A stretch of DNA of 64,000 nt from an uncultured Erysipelotrichaceae bacterium. GTDB taxonomy: Bacteria; Bacillota_I; Bacilli_A; Erysipelotrichales; Coprobacillaceae. This document shows positions 28,489 through 37,956 of the stretch, in pieces. Position 1 is the stretch's first letter. Each line of letters starts with the position of its first letter. The notes beneath the pieces are model-generated. The model made no database searches. It worked only from the letters and a program-made list of their open reading frames with translations, and had not been told where the DNA came from. The DNA lies in NCBI GenBank assembly GCA_947074115.1, contig CAMTOK010000002.1:21946-85945 (forward strand), in the 5' to 3' direction. The position numbers and the translations under genes are program-made.

Positions 28489-30597
28489 TTATACAATTGG
28501 AAACGTAAGAATTGCTTTAAATAAATCTCCATCACACCTGACTTTAAATGTTCCACCTTGTATTTCAACAAAACTTTTAACAATCGCAAGACCTAAACCA
28601 GATCCAACAGAATGTCTAGATTCATCACCTTGGACAAATCTTTCAACAATAATATCTTCATTAAAATTCATTTCATTCTCTGAAATATTTTTAAATTCAA
28701 TGACAACTTGTTGATCTTTTGTATATATATCGATATATGCTCTTGTATTGGACATGGCATAACGAGACATATTCACAAAGAGATTTTCAAATATTCTATA
28801 TGTTTTCGTACTGTCTAAGTGACAGATAATTTTTTCTTCTGGTTCTTTAAATATAATATTAAGATTTTTATGACTTAAATCATCTTCACACTCTAATTGT
28901 GATTGCTTAATGAGAGAAGTAATATCAACATCATAGAGATTCAATTGAACATTACCTGAATTCACTTTACTAATATCAAATAAATCATCAATTAAATGTT
29001 TTAATCTCAGTGCATTATTATCTAAGACTTTAATAAACTTTTGTTTATCTTCATCAGAGATTGACTCTTCTTTTAATAAATTAATATAGGAAATAATTGA
29101 TGTTAATGGTGTTTTTAAATCATGAGATACATTAGTAATTAATTCAGTTTTCATGTTTTGTGATTTAACTTCTTCATTAATAGCGTTCTCAAAACCATCT
29201 TTAATATGAGAAAACTCTTGTTTTAATGGATTAAAGACACCAATATCTTCTGTTATCTCATGTCTAAAGTTACCTTTAGACACCTCTCTTGTAGCAGTTA
29301 AGAGTGTCTTATAATCATCTTGAATCTCAACAAAACGATCTTTAACTAACTTATATATGATAAATGAATAAGCAGCAAGTGAAAGGAAGGTAATGATGAA
29401 AGGTTCAATTCCATAGAATAAATTAAATGCTATACTATTGATAATTAATAACACTATAACAACTGCACAGTTGGCAAGAACAACCTTAAATACAGTTAAT
29501 TTAGCAGAAGATTCTATATCTGTTTTTGAGACATTTTTACTCAATTGACTTAATGATTTTAACATTGTAAAGATAACGGTATTTTCTGTTACATAACGTG
29601 TAAATCCTTTATCGAATAAATACTTAACCATAAAAGCTAAGAAAGCGACAAATGATAAGCAGATAAACCAATACCCAAATATAGAAGAATAACTGAGAAT
29701 TGAATTACTTAAGAAATTCTTAAACATAGCGCTTGAACCTGTTGAATAGTTCGATAGATATATTTCTTGTATAACGCCCGAACCTAATACCAATAAGAAG
29801 AAGGCACAAACAATCCATGAAATAGAAAGGACTTCAAACGGAAGTTCAGCCATTTGTTTAAATATTGGAAGATTCTTAATCTTCTTAAATGGAATGATTA
29901 ATATGAATAAAGCGATAAATGCAAATGATATAAATATATATGGTGTAAGTGCCGACATAGCCATTCCATAATAATCATAAGCGACATAATTACTGATTGC
30001 GTCAGTTGCACTCATTTCATAAGGGATAGCGATTTGAACCTTGATATTAACTGGGTCTCTATAATAATATTCTTGTTCATCTCCTGTGTTAGGATCAGTT
30101 AGATATTGCGAACTGGTTGATATCAAAAAGAGGTCACTTCCAAATCTATCAGACCCAGCAATTGTTGAAATCATACCTAATCTGTTAAATTCATAAACAT
30201 AATATTCAGCAAATTGATCTGCATAAGTATTATATTCATTATCGAATTTATGGTTTGAAATCACTTTTCCAGTTTCTAGATCAGTTATTTCATAATACAT
30301 ATTACGTAATGAATCTATATAATTACTAGAACTTGTGAAGTTGTTTTTGATATAGTCATTAAGATAACGGCTATCTCCAATCTCGGGGAGATAAACATTA
30401 TATTCTAATGCGTCTTCACTTCTTATTTCTAAAACCTTTTGAGCAACGAATCTCGATACATCGTAAGAATATTTATATAAGTATGATGTTTCTAAAATAT
30501 ATTTATTATTCCTTACCATGTCAAAACTTGTTGTTAAGAATAGTGATATTAAGACAAGTACACAAAGCGTAGAAATATTAAATAAATTTTTCTTCAT
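28489..30597 (-). CDS. Sensor histidine kinase with a large N-terminal sensor (1 TM + ~190-aa extracytoplasmic region + ~5 TM)
   Basis: H-box NVSHDLKTPLTSI, N-box NLFVNMSRYA, G-box GSGLGLAIVKS. Multiple hydrophobic helices between residues ~210 and 420. Confidence 0.88.
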   Translation of the reverse strand: MKKNLFNISTLCVLVLISLFLTTSFDMVRNNKYILETSYLYKYSYDVSRFVAQKVLEIRSEDALEYNVYLPEIGDSRYLNDYIKNNFTSSSNYIDSLRNMYYEITDLETGKVISNHKFDNEYNTYADQFAEYYVYEFNRLGMISTIAGSDRFGSDLFLISTSSQYLTDPNTGDEQEYYYRDPVNIKVQIAIPYEMSATDAISNYVAYDYYGMAMSALTPYIFISFAFIALFILIIPFKKIKNLPIFKQMAELPFEVLSISWIVCAFFLLVLGSGVIQEIYLSNYSTGSSAMFKNFLSNSILSYSSIFGYWFICLSFVAFLAFMVKYLFDKGFTRYVTENTVIFTMLKSLSQLSKNVSKTDIESSAKLTVFKVVLANCAVVIVLLIINSIAFNLFYGIEPFIITFLSLAAYSFIIYKLVKDRFVEIQDDYKTLLTATREVSKGNFRHEITEDIGVFNPLKQEFSHIKDGFENAINEEVKSQNMKTELITNVSHDLKTPLTSIISYINLLKEESISDEDKQKFIKVLDNNALRLKHLIDDLFDISKVNSGNVQLNLYDVDITSLIKQSQLECEDDLSHKNLNIIFKEPEEKIICHLDSTKTYRIFENLFVNMSRYAMSNTRAYIDIYTKDQQVVIEFKNISENEMNFNEDIIVERFVQGDESRHSVGSGLGLAIVKSFVEIQGGTFKVRCDGDLFKAILTFPIV

Positions 30598-31302
30598 TTA
30601 ATGTCCCTGCTTTTCTATTTTATATCCAACGCCCCAAACCACTTTTAAATATTGTGGTTTTTTTGGATCAAATTCAATTTTTTCTCTTAAGTTACGAATG
30701 TGTACCATAACTGTATCTGTACTAATAGCGTCTTCACCCCAAACGCTCTCATAAATATTTTCAGCTGAGAAGACTTTACCAGGATAACTCATAAGTAATT
30801 CCAATATTTTAAATTCAATTGGTGTTACCTTAACTGTCTTATCTTCAACAGTGACTTGTTTTGTATCAACATTGATTTCTAAACCACCAACGCTATATAG
30901 TGAGGAAGGTTGTGAACCTGTTTTAATGTCTAAGAATTTTTGATATCTTCTTAAATGAGAAGAGACACGTGCCATAAGTTCCATTGGAACAAAAGGTTTA
31001 GTGACATAGTCGTCAGCACCAATATTTAAACCATTGATTTTATCGATATCTTCTGATTTTGCGGATAAGATTAAAATTGGAAATTCGTGATTTTGTCTCA
31101 CCGTTTTTGTAAATTCAATACCATCCATAATTGGCATCATAATATCAACTATTGCCAAATGAATCGTTTCTTTATCTACAATATCTAAAGCAGCTTGCCC
31201 ATTGGCTGCCTGAAAAACATTATATCCTTGAGTTGATAAATAAATAGAAATTGCTTCTCTAATTTCTAATTCATCTTCTACTACTAAAATGTTATATTGC
31301 AT
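30598..31302 (-). CDS. OmpR/PhoB-family response regulator
   Basis: Receiver domain (ILVVEDE...DIMMP...LSAK) and a winged-helix output domain (LT..EF.IL..L......V......E.VWG). Its stop abuts the kinase start. Confidence 0.92.
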   Translation of the reverse strand: MQYNILVVEDELEIREAISIYLSTQGYNVFQAANGQAALDIVDKETIHLAIVDIMMPIMDGIEFTKTVRQNHEFPILILSAKSEDIDKINGLNIGADDYVTKPFVPMELMARVSSHLRRYQKFLDIKTGSQPSSLYSVGGLEINVDTKQVTVEDKTVKVTPIEFKILELLMSYPGKVFSAENIYESVWGEDAISTDTVMVHIRNLREKIEFDPKKPQYLKVVWGVGYKIEKQGH

Positions 31303-31389
31303 ACATAGACCTCCTTGTTTTTATTATTATAAATACATTTTTAAAAGATTAAATAGAAAGAAAACAAAAGAAAAACAAAAGAATCGTTT

Positions 31390-31989
31390 CTATTTGCCTT
31401 CTTTAAAATAAGTTGCTTCCATATCTGCAGTATGGAGAATAAATGATAATGGGAATTTTTCAAATGCTGCACCTACGTTTCTGGTGTCTTCACTACCAGC
31501 AAACCCCATGTGATATCGTATAGCAAAGGCTTCTTCACGTGTTAAACGCATATACCCACTGATCATATAAACACTTTTTTCACCATGACCATAAGGTAGT
31601 TGATCATCATAATCGTATGTAGGCACTTGTTTCCATTGTCCGTTTTCTTTGACATTTCGTGTTCCCTTTTTATAACAGTTGATTTTACATAAGTCATGAA
31701 GTAATGAAACAATTGCTATTGTTTCATTAGAGAAAACCAATTTGTATTCATTTTTAATGCTATCACGACTTAAATAATCATTTAAACAGTGATATACATT
31801 TAAGCTATGTTCTAATAAGCCACCTTCATAAGACCCATGAAAACGAGTACTTGCTGGTGCTTCAAAAAAATCTGAATGTGAAGACATTAAGAATTCAAGT
31901 AACTTATCACTGCCTTCCCTTTTTATATTGTTTTTATATATTTCTATAAATTCATTTTTTAAATCCATAAGAGACCTCCTGTGTTTCAA
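31390..31989 (-). CDS. HD-domain phosphohydrolase (YpgQ-like)
   Basis: HH..GGLLEHSL and LLHDLCK metal-binding motifs. ~200 aa. Confidence 0.75.
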   Translation of the reverse strand: MKHRRSLMDLKNEFIEIYKNNIKREGSDKLLEFLMSSHSDFFEAPASTRFHGSYEGGLLEHSLNVYHCLNDYLSRDSIKNEYKLVFSNETIAIVSLLHDLCKINCYKKGTRNVKENGQWKQVPTYDYDDQLPYGHGEKSVYMISGYMRLTREEAFAIRYHMGFAGSEDTRNVGAAFEKFPLSFILHTADMEATYFKEGK

Positions 31990-32121
31990 TTATATAGTGA
32001 ATTGGAAGCGATGTCATTAAAATCGTGTCACATTTTGTCAATAAAATAATAATTCGTGCCACCTTTTTTAATAGTCAAGTATTCCTTTTTTTGTTACAAT
32101 GATTTTAAGAGGTGAAATATT

Positions 32122-33816
32122 ATGGGATATAAAGAAAATTATGAAAGATGGTTAAATAAAGAGGGATTAGAACCATCATTAAAGCAAGAATTATTAACAA
32201 TGGATGAAGGACAAAAGGAAGATGCATTCTACACAGATGTAGAATTCGGAACTGCTGGAATGAGAGGAATTCTAGGTGCTGGAACAAATCGTTTAAATAT
32301 TTATACGATTAGAAAAGCAAATGTAGGATTCGCTAAATATATTCTAGGATTAGAAGATGGTGCATCAAAAGGTGTGGCTATTGGTTATGATAATAGACAC
32401 ATGTCATATCAATTCGCAATTGAAAGTGCTAAAGTCTTAGCGACTTATGGTATTAAATCATATATATTTGAAAGTTTGAGACCAACACCAGAATTATCAT
32501 TTGCAGTGAGATATTTAGAATGTGCAGGGGGAATTATGATCACAGCGAGTCATAATCCAAAAGAATACAATGGATACAAAGTTTACGATGATACAGGATG
32601 TCAATTGATTCCTGAATGGGGAGATATCGTCGTAGGTCATGTTAACGCTGTTGAAGATGAATTATCAATTGATGTTATTGATCAAAAAGAAGCTTACAAA
32701 TATATGACTTGGATCGGTGAAGAAGTTGATGAGGCTTATTATAAAGAAGTTATGAATACAGAGATTAATCCTGGTATGGATAAAGATGGATTCAAAATTG
32801 TCTTCTCACCACAACATGGAACAAGTAATATTCCAGTTAGAGAATGTTTATCACGTTTAGGATACAATGTTATTCCAGTCTTAGCACAATGTGCACCAGA
32901 CCCAGATTACAGCAATACTGAATCTCCAAACCCTGAAGTTGATTGTTCTTATGATTTAGCAATTCAAACTGCGGAAGAAGTTGACGCTGATGTTGTTGTT
33001 ATTTGTGATCCTGACGGAGACCGTTTAGGGGTCGTTGCGAAACACAACGGTGAGTATGTAAAAATGAGTGGTAACCAATCTGCTGCGGTATACCTTGAAT
33101 ATATTCTTTCTCAATTAAAAGAAAAAGGAACATTACCTGAAAATGCGGTTATGTATAATACAATCGTAACATCTGATTTAGGTGAACTTGTTTCTCGTTC
33201 TTATGATGTTGATGTAGAAAAAACATTAACTGGATTTAAATTTATCGGTGATAAAATTAGAAAATACGAACAAACAAAAGAAAAAACATTCATCTTTGGA
33301 TATGAAGAATCTTATGGATGTGTAATCAAAGACTTCGTTCGTGATAAAGATGCAATTCAAGCTGTATTAATTGCTGCTGAAGCAGGAAATTTCTATAAAA
33401 AACAAGGTAAAGATTTAATTGATGTTTTAAATGATCTTTATGATCGTTTTGGAACATTTAAAGAGAGTCAAATTGCTTTATCTAAAGAAGGTGCTGCTGG
33501 AGCAGCTCGTATCAAAGAAATCATGGATAACTTAAGAAAAGATGCACCACAAGCAATTGCAGGTGTTAAAGTTATTGCTGTTGAAGATTTCCAAGAAAGT
33601 AAAGCGTATAAAGATGGTGAAGAAACAGACATCTTATTACCTAAATCAAATGTATTAAAATATTATTTAGAAGATGGTTCTTGGATTGCTGCTAGACCAA
33701 GTGGAACTGAACCAAAATGTAAATTCTACCTTTCTATCAAAGGAAAAGATGCTGACGAAGCAGCATCTAAAACTGAAGTATTTGGGAAAGATATCTTAAA
33801 TATTATCGGTGAATAA
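32122..33816 (+). CDS. pgcA: Phosphoglucomutase / phospho-sugar mutase
   Basis: Active-site TASHNPKEYNGYKVY, metal loop DPDGDRLG, sugar loop GYEESYG, phosphate loop RPSGTEPK. Confidence 0.9.
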   Translation: MGYKENYERWLNKEGLEPSLKQELLTMDEGQKEDAFYTDVEFGTAGMRGILGAGTNRLNIYTIRKANVGFAKYILGLEDGASKGVAIGYDNRHMSYQFAIESAKVLATYGIKSYIFESLRPTPELSFAVRYLECAGGIMITASHNPKEYNGYKVYDDTGCQLIPEWGDIVVGHVNAVEDELSIDVIDQKEAYKYMTWIGEEVDEAYYKEVMNTEINPGMDKDGFKIVFSPQHGTSNIPVRECLSRLGYNVIPVLAQCAPDPDYSNTESPNPEVDCSYDLAIQTAEEVDADVVVICDPDGDRLGVVAKHNGEYVKMSGNQSAAVYLEYILSQLKEKGTLPENAVMYNTIVTSDLGELVSRSYDVDVEKTLTGFKFIGDKIRKYEQTKEKTFIFGYEESYGCVIKDFVRDKDAIQAVLIAAEAGNFYKKQGKDLIDVLNDLYDRFGTFKESQIALSKEGAAGAARIKEIMDNLRKDAPQAIAGVKVIAVEDFQESKAYKDGEETDILLPKSNVLKYYLEDGSWIAARPSGTEPKCKFYLSIKGKDADEAASKTEVFGKDILNIIGE

Positions 33817-33825
33817 TGAAATAGA

Positions 33826-33860
33826 AAAGCTCTTTATATATTTATAAAGGGCTTTTTATT
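33826..33860 (+). terminator. Rho-independent terminator of pgcA
   Basis: AAAGCTCTTTATA-tatt-TATAAAGGGCTTT (one G-T pair) followed by TTATTT. Confidence 0.75.
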
Positions 33861-33960
33861 TGTGTTGAAATTTATCAAAAAACATGGAATAATGTATGTA
33901 TTAAAGATGTTAAATATATATTATTTGGTAATAATAGTTAAGAAAGTACGAGGGTTTAAT

Positions 33961-34341
33961 ATGAAAAAGTTATTTATGTTTGTTTTACCATATATATTAA
34001 TAGGGATCGCTTTTTTTGTGCATGAAGTCTATATTGATTTTGAATATACAATTATAGCACCTTTATTTGCCTTATTCGCATGTATAATGATTTTAATGAC
34101 AACATCATGTGCCGGTACAAAGGGTATGATTGTTGCATGTTTAATTAACTTTGTCATTTCAATCGCTTTCTTTATTTTGATGTCGATTGGCTATATGAAC
34201 GACTATAGTTATCTGATTCCAACCTTATCATTTGTTGCTGTTACAGAAGTGATTATGGTATGGTATTTGTTATTACATAAACCTGCTAAAGGGATGACAT
34301 ATCAATTCTCTTATAAGAATCAACCGAAAAGATATTTTTAA
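33961..34341 (+). CDS. Small 4-TM membrane protein of unknown function
   Basis: MKKLFMFVLPYILIG start at ATG 33961. The GTG 33862 extension in the track has no RBS. Four hydrophobic helices. Confidence 0.5.
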   Translation: MKKLFMFVLPYILIGIAFFVHEVYIDFEYTIIAPLFALFACIMILMTTSCAGTKGMIVACLINFVISIAFFILMSIGYMNDYSYLIPTLSFVAVTEVIMVWYLLLHKPAKGMTYQFSYKNQPKRYF

Positions 34342-34364
34342 AAGCAAGCATCAGCTTGCTTTTT
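34341..34364. terminator. Bidirectional terminator
   Basis: AAAGCAAGC-atca-GCTTGCTTT with flanking T/A runs. Overlaps the addA stop. Confidence 0.8.
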
Positions 34365-37300
34365 ATAATGTTATACATTTCCCTAAATGTAAGTAATAGA
34401 CTTGTGCTTTGATATCTTGATTGAATATCTCTTTTAATACTTTTTGATAATAGCTTAACTGTTCCTTATGCAATAAACACAATTGTTCATCTGATGTCTG
34501 TTGAGAGAGATTATCAGTTTTATAATCTAAAACATAGACTTCATTATTGAGTCTATAGACAAGGTCAAAGATCCCATGAACAATTTGTTCTAAGGATTCA
34601 TCATAGTAAGAGAATTTCTTTTCTTTATAAACAACAGAGGCTTGAGATATATCTTTATAGGTATCACTATTGATAAAAGACTCAATCTTATGTCTATATA
34701 GATTTAATTCGTTCACTTCAAGATCATTAAAGATATTGTTTTTTCTTAAATAATGCATGATTTGATCAAAGGAATCATCTTTAAAAGTAAAATAGCTCAT
34801 AAACAAGTGAACAAGTGTACCACGTTCACTCGCTTTCATTGATGAAGGGATTGGATCATCTTGAGTCACCATGATTCGTTCTTCATGTATATGGTTTAAA
34901 CCTGTTACAGAAACTATAGGTGCTTTTGTTGGTTCAACAAAAGAATGAGTATCGTATTGTTCTCTTTCTTTATTGAGAATTGGTGTCACATAAGTATAAG
35001 TTGGAATTCCCTTTTCTAACTCTTCATCAGTTGTCATTTCTAAATCAAACATTGCATGTTCAGTTGAATCAAAAACGAGATGTTTATGCATGTTTTGCCC
35101 TTTAATTTTAAGAGCATAGTCTTTTAATTCATCTATTTCTAAGCATGCTTCTATCATTTGAGGATGCCTAAGTGTGGATAATAAAATCCATGAAAGATAA
35201 GTCAATGTTGATCTTGCATTATCATAGAAAAGGATATGCGGAGCTAAACTGTTTGATAAAATGTCTTCATCTTCATTATTTAAGATTTGTTCTTGTATCT
35301 TAGTGATCTCATCATATGATTTAATCACACCTGTTAATATAAGTTTTTCTGAAGCTCTTGTTAATGCAACATAGAGAATTCTCATTTCTTCATTAATAGA
35401 AGCAAACTCTTGATGTTTGGCTATTAAACTCAAATAACTATTAGAGTACTCAATAGCGATTCTTTCATGATTAAATTCTTGCCATAATCTCGGTTTCATC
35501 GCAATACCAAGCATTTTATCAAATATAGGATTTGATCTTTTATCAGCAAGGTTAAATTGCTTATGTGTTCCTGTCACAAAGACAATAGGGAATTCTAATC
35601 CCTTTGATTTGTGAATTGTCATAAATTCAACAGCGTCACCTTGACCTGATGCTTGAGCAGGAGCAATATCAGAAGAATTCTTCATATCTTCCAAGAGATC
35701 ACCTAAATAGGGGATAGAGGTTTCTTTATCATTTATAATAGTTTCAAACAACTCAAGATTAGCAAGTCTTTGTTGTCCATTTGTTAATCCTGAAACAAAG
35801 AGTTTATATCCACTTCTATTAAAGAATTCACTAACTGTTTGATGAGGTTTATGCGTATGTGCATAAAGTGACATCTCATTAAATATAGCCATAAAATCTT
35901 GGATTGTTGAATCATTCGATTCTTTCATATTCTCATAGAGAGATAGATCATGATTTAATCGCTCCTTTGCGATTAAATCAAAGGGAATATGTGAGAAGGC
36001 AAAGTTTTGTGTCATGAGTGTTGTGAGTGCGATGTCATCATAGGGATTGATAAATGCACGAAGTGAACTCATGAGCGTATTGACTTCTAATGAAGAATAG
36101 AACCCTTGAGATAAGACAATTTGGTTTGGTATTTGATATAAATCAAATACCTTTTTAAATGTAATAAAGGCAGGGGTTGAACGCATGAGGACGACAAAAT
36201 CTTTATAAGAAACATGTTTTCCTTTTAATAAGAAGTTTTGTTTCATATCAACAATCTTTTGAGCGACCATATGTGCTTCATATTGATCTTTGTCAAGCGA
36301 TGATGCAGGGTCATATACATTCAGCATAATCTCCGTTTTTAGGTGTTCTTGTGATAAGAATTCAGTTCGTTGTGGCTCAATAGAACCGTATCGTCCAATA
36401 AAGTCATAATTCAGTCTTGCGCTATCGTCTAAATAGTAATCAAGACCACCTACTTTTTTGTCCATGACTTGATTAAAGATATAATTAATTGAATCTAAGA
36501 CAACTTTAGAAGAACGATAATTAAATACCAAGTCAATTCTTTTGGTATGTGTTTTTAAGGTATCTTCATCAGTTAGTGAAAACGATTCATATTTATCTAA
36601 GAAGATTTGAGGATCGGCTTGTCTAAATCTATAAATAGATTGTTTCATATCACCAACCATAAACAAAGGAATTGTGTGTTGATCGTGAGTCGCAATCTTT
36701 TGTATGAGTGTCTCCTGAATTTGATTTGTATCTTGGTACTCATCAATCATGATTTCTTTGAATTGTGCAGAAAGGTTTTGTACTATTTGATATTCTGGTT
36801 CTAATAATTTGTGTGTATAAGTTTCTAAGTCAGAAAAATCTAATAGATTTTGTTCCTTCTTATATTGTTGATAGACAATTTGAAATTGTTCTAAGAGATT
36901 TCCTCTCCCAATTAACATTTGGATAGGTTTTTGACTGATTTTCATTTTTTCAATAAATTCTTCTTCAGTAACCTCTAGATACATATCCTTTGCTTTATTG
37001 AGTGATTCTAAAACCTTTTTTCTTTTTGAGGCCAATACTTTTTTTATTTGAGGATCTATTTCTTTTTGATTAAGTGTATAACTCTTCTCGATATCTCTAT
37101 TAAGTGTTCTCAATAATTGATCGTAAGAGTAAATAGGTTGATTTAACTCTTGGTTGAGTGTATCAAGATAATCAAGAAATGTGTCAAAAGGGATAGCTCT
37201 TTTGGCCATCGTATCAGTTTGCTCATCAGGTCTTTCGTAGAAATCTGTAATTTGATTCTGTTCAGTAAAGATACGAAGTTCAGCGAGATTATTAAGTGCT

Positions 37301-37956
37301 TTTGTGACTTCGCCCTTGAATAAGTCAACGATATAAGACATGTATGGCCAAGTTGAGAAATCATCTAATGATTGATATAAATCGTAATCCATCTTTTCTA
37401 CATAGTTATAGAATTGATATATAGAGTGTGACATTTCATCAAGTGTGAAAAGTGTAGATTCTAATCCATTAAAGTAGGGTCCAGGGTAGTATAGCTTTAT
37501 AAAGTCTGATATTTCATCATTTTTAACCCATTGTTCTAGGCATTGTTTAAAAATCATTTGTTTTACTTGTTTTGTATCAACCAATATTTCAAAACCAGGT
37601 AAAACATCAATAATATATCCATACTTCTTTAATAATGTATTACAAAAACCATGGAAGTTTGTTATGTAAGCATTTGGAAGTAATAGGGTTTGTCTTTGTA
37701 ATCTTAGTTTTAGGTCTTCGTCTTTCGTGTTTACTATTGTTTCTTTTAAATCTTCTGAAAGACGTTGTTTCATCTCATTTCCTGCTGCTTCAGTAAATGT
37801 TAAAACAAGCAACTCGTTGAGTTCGTATCCTTCTTTTAATAATTCTAAAATACGAGTCACTAGGATCTTTGTTTTTCCACTCCCTGCGGGGGCTGACACG
37901 AGAATAGAAGCATTTCTTTGAAATATTGCTTTTTCTTGACCGGCATTAAATGGCAT
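34363..37956 (-). CDS. addA: ATP-dependent helicase/nuclease subunit A (AddA/RexA)
   Basis: UvrD-type Walker A SAPAGSGKT, DEYQDTN, and a C-terminal RecB-type nuclease (GIFDLVY..VLDYKTD). AGGAGGAG RBS lies 6 nt before ATG 37956, inside the end of addB. Confidence 0.92.
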   Translation of the reverse strand: MPFNAGQEKAIFQRNASILVSAPAGSGKTKILVTRILELLKEGYELNELLVLTFTEAAGNEMKQRLSEDLKETIVNTKDEDLKLRLQRQTLLLPNAYITNFHGFCNTLLKKYGYIIDVLPGFEILVDTKQVKQMIFKQCLEQWVKNDEISDFIKLYYPGPYFNGLESTLFTLDEMSHSIYQFYNYVEKMDYDLYQSLDDFSTWPYMSYIVDLFKGEVTKALNNLAELRIFTEQNQITDFYERPDEQTDTMAKRAIPFDTFLDYLDTLNQELNQPIYSYDQLLRTLNRDIEKSYTLNQKEIDPQIKKVLASKRKKVLESLNKAKDMYLEVTEEEFIEKMKISQKPIQMLIGRGNLLEQFQIVYQQYKKEQNLLDFSDLETYTHKLLEPEYQIVQNLSAQFKEIMIDEYQDTNQIQETLIQKIATHDQHTIPLFMVGDMKQSIYRFRQADPQIFLDKYESFSLTDEDTLKTHTKRIDLVFNYRSSKVVLDSINYIFNQVMDKKVGGLDYYLDDSARLNYDFIGRYGSIEPQRTEFLSQEHLKTEIMLNVYDPASSLDKDQYEAHMVAQKIVDMKQNFLLKGKHVSYKDFVVLMRSTPAFITFKKVFDLYQIPNQIVLSQGFYSSLEVNTLMSSLRAFINPYDDIALTTLMTQNFAFSHIPFDLIAKERLNHDLSLYENMKESNDSTIQDFMAIFNEMSLYAHTHKPHQTVSEFFNRSGYKLFVSGLTNGQQRLANLELFETIINDKETSIPYLGDLLEDMKNSSDIAPAQASGQGDAVEFMTIHKSKGLEFPIVFVTGTHKQFNLADKRSNPIFDKMLGIAMKPRLWQEFNHERIAIEYSNSYLSLIAKHQEFASINEEMRILYVALTRASEKLILTGVIKSYDEITKIQEQILNNEDEDILSNSLAPHILFYDNARSTLTYLSWILLSTLRHPQMIEACLEIDELKDYALKIKGQNMHKHLVFDSTEHAMFDLEMTTDEELEKGIPTYTYVTPILNKEREQYDTHSFVEPTKAPIVSVTGLNHIHEERIMVTQDDPIPSSMKASERGTLVHLFMSYFTFKDDSFDQIMHYLRKNNIFNDLEVNELNLYRHKIESFINSDTYKDISQASVVYKEKKFSYYDESLEQIVHGIFDLVYRLNNEVYVLDYKTDNLSQQTSDEQLCLLHKEQLSYYQKVLKEIFNQDIKAQVYYLHLGKCITL

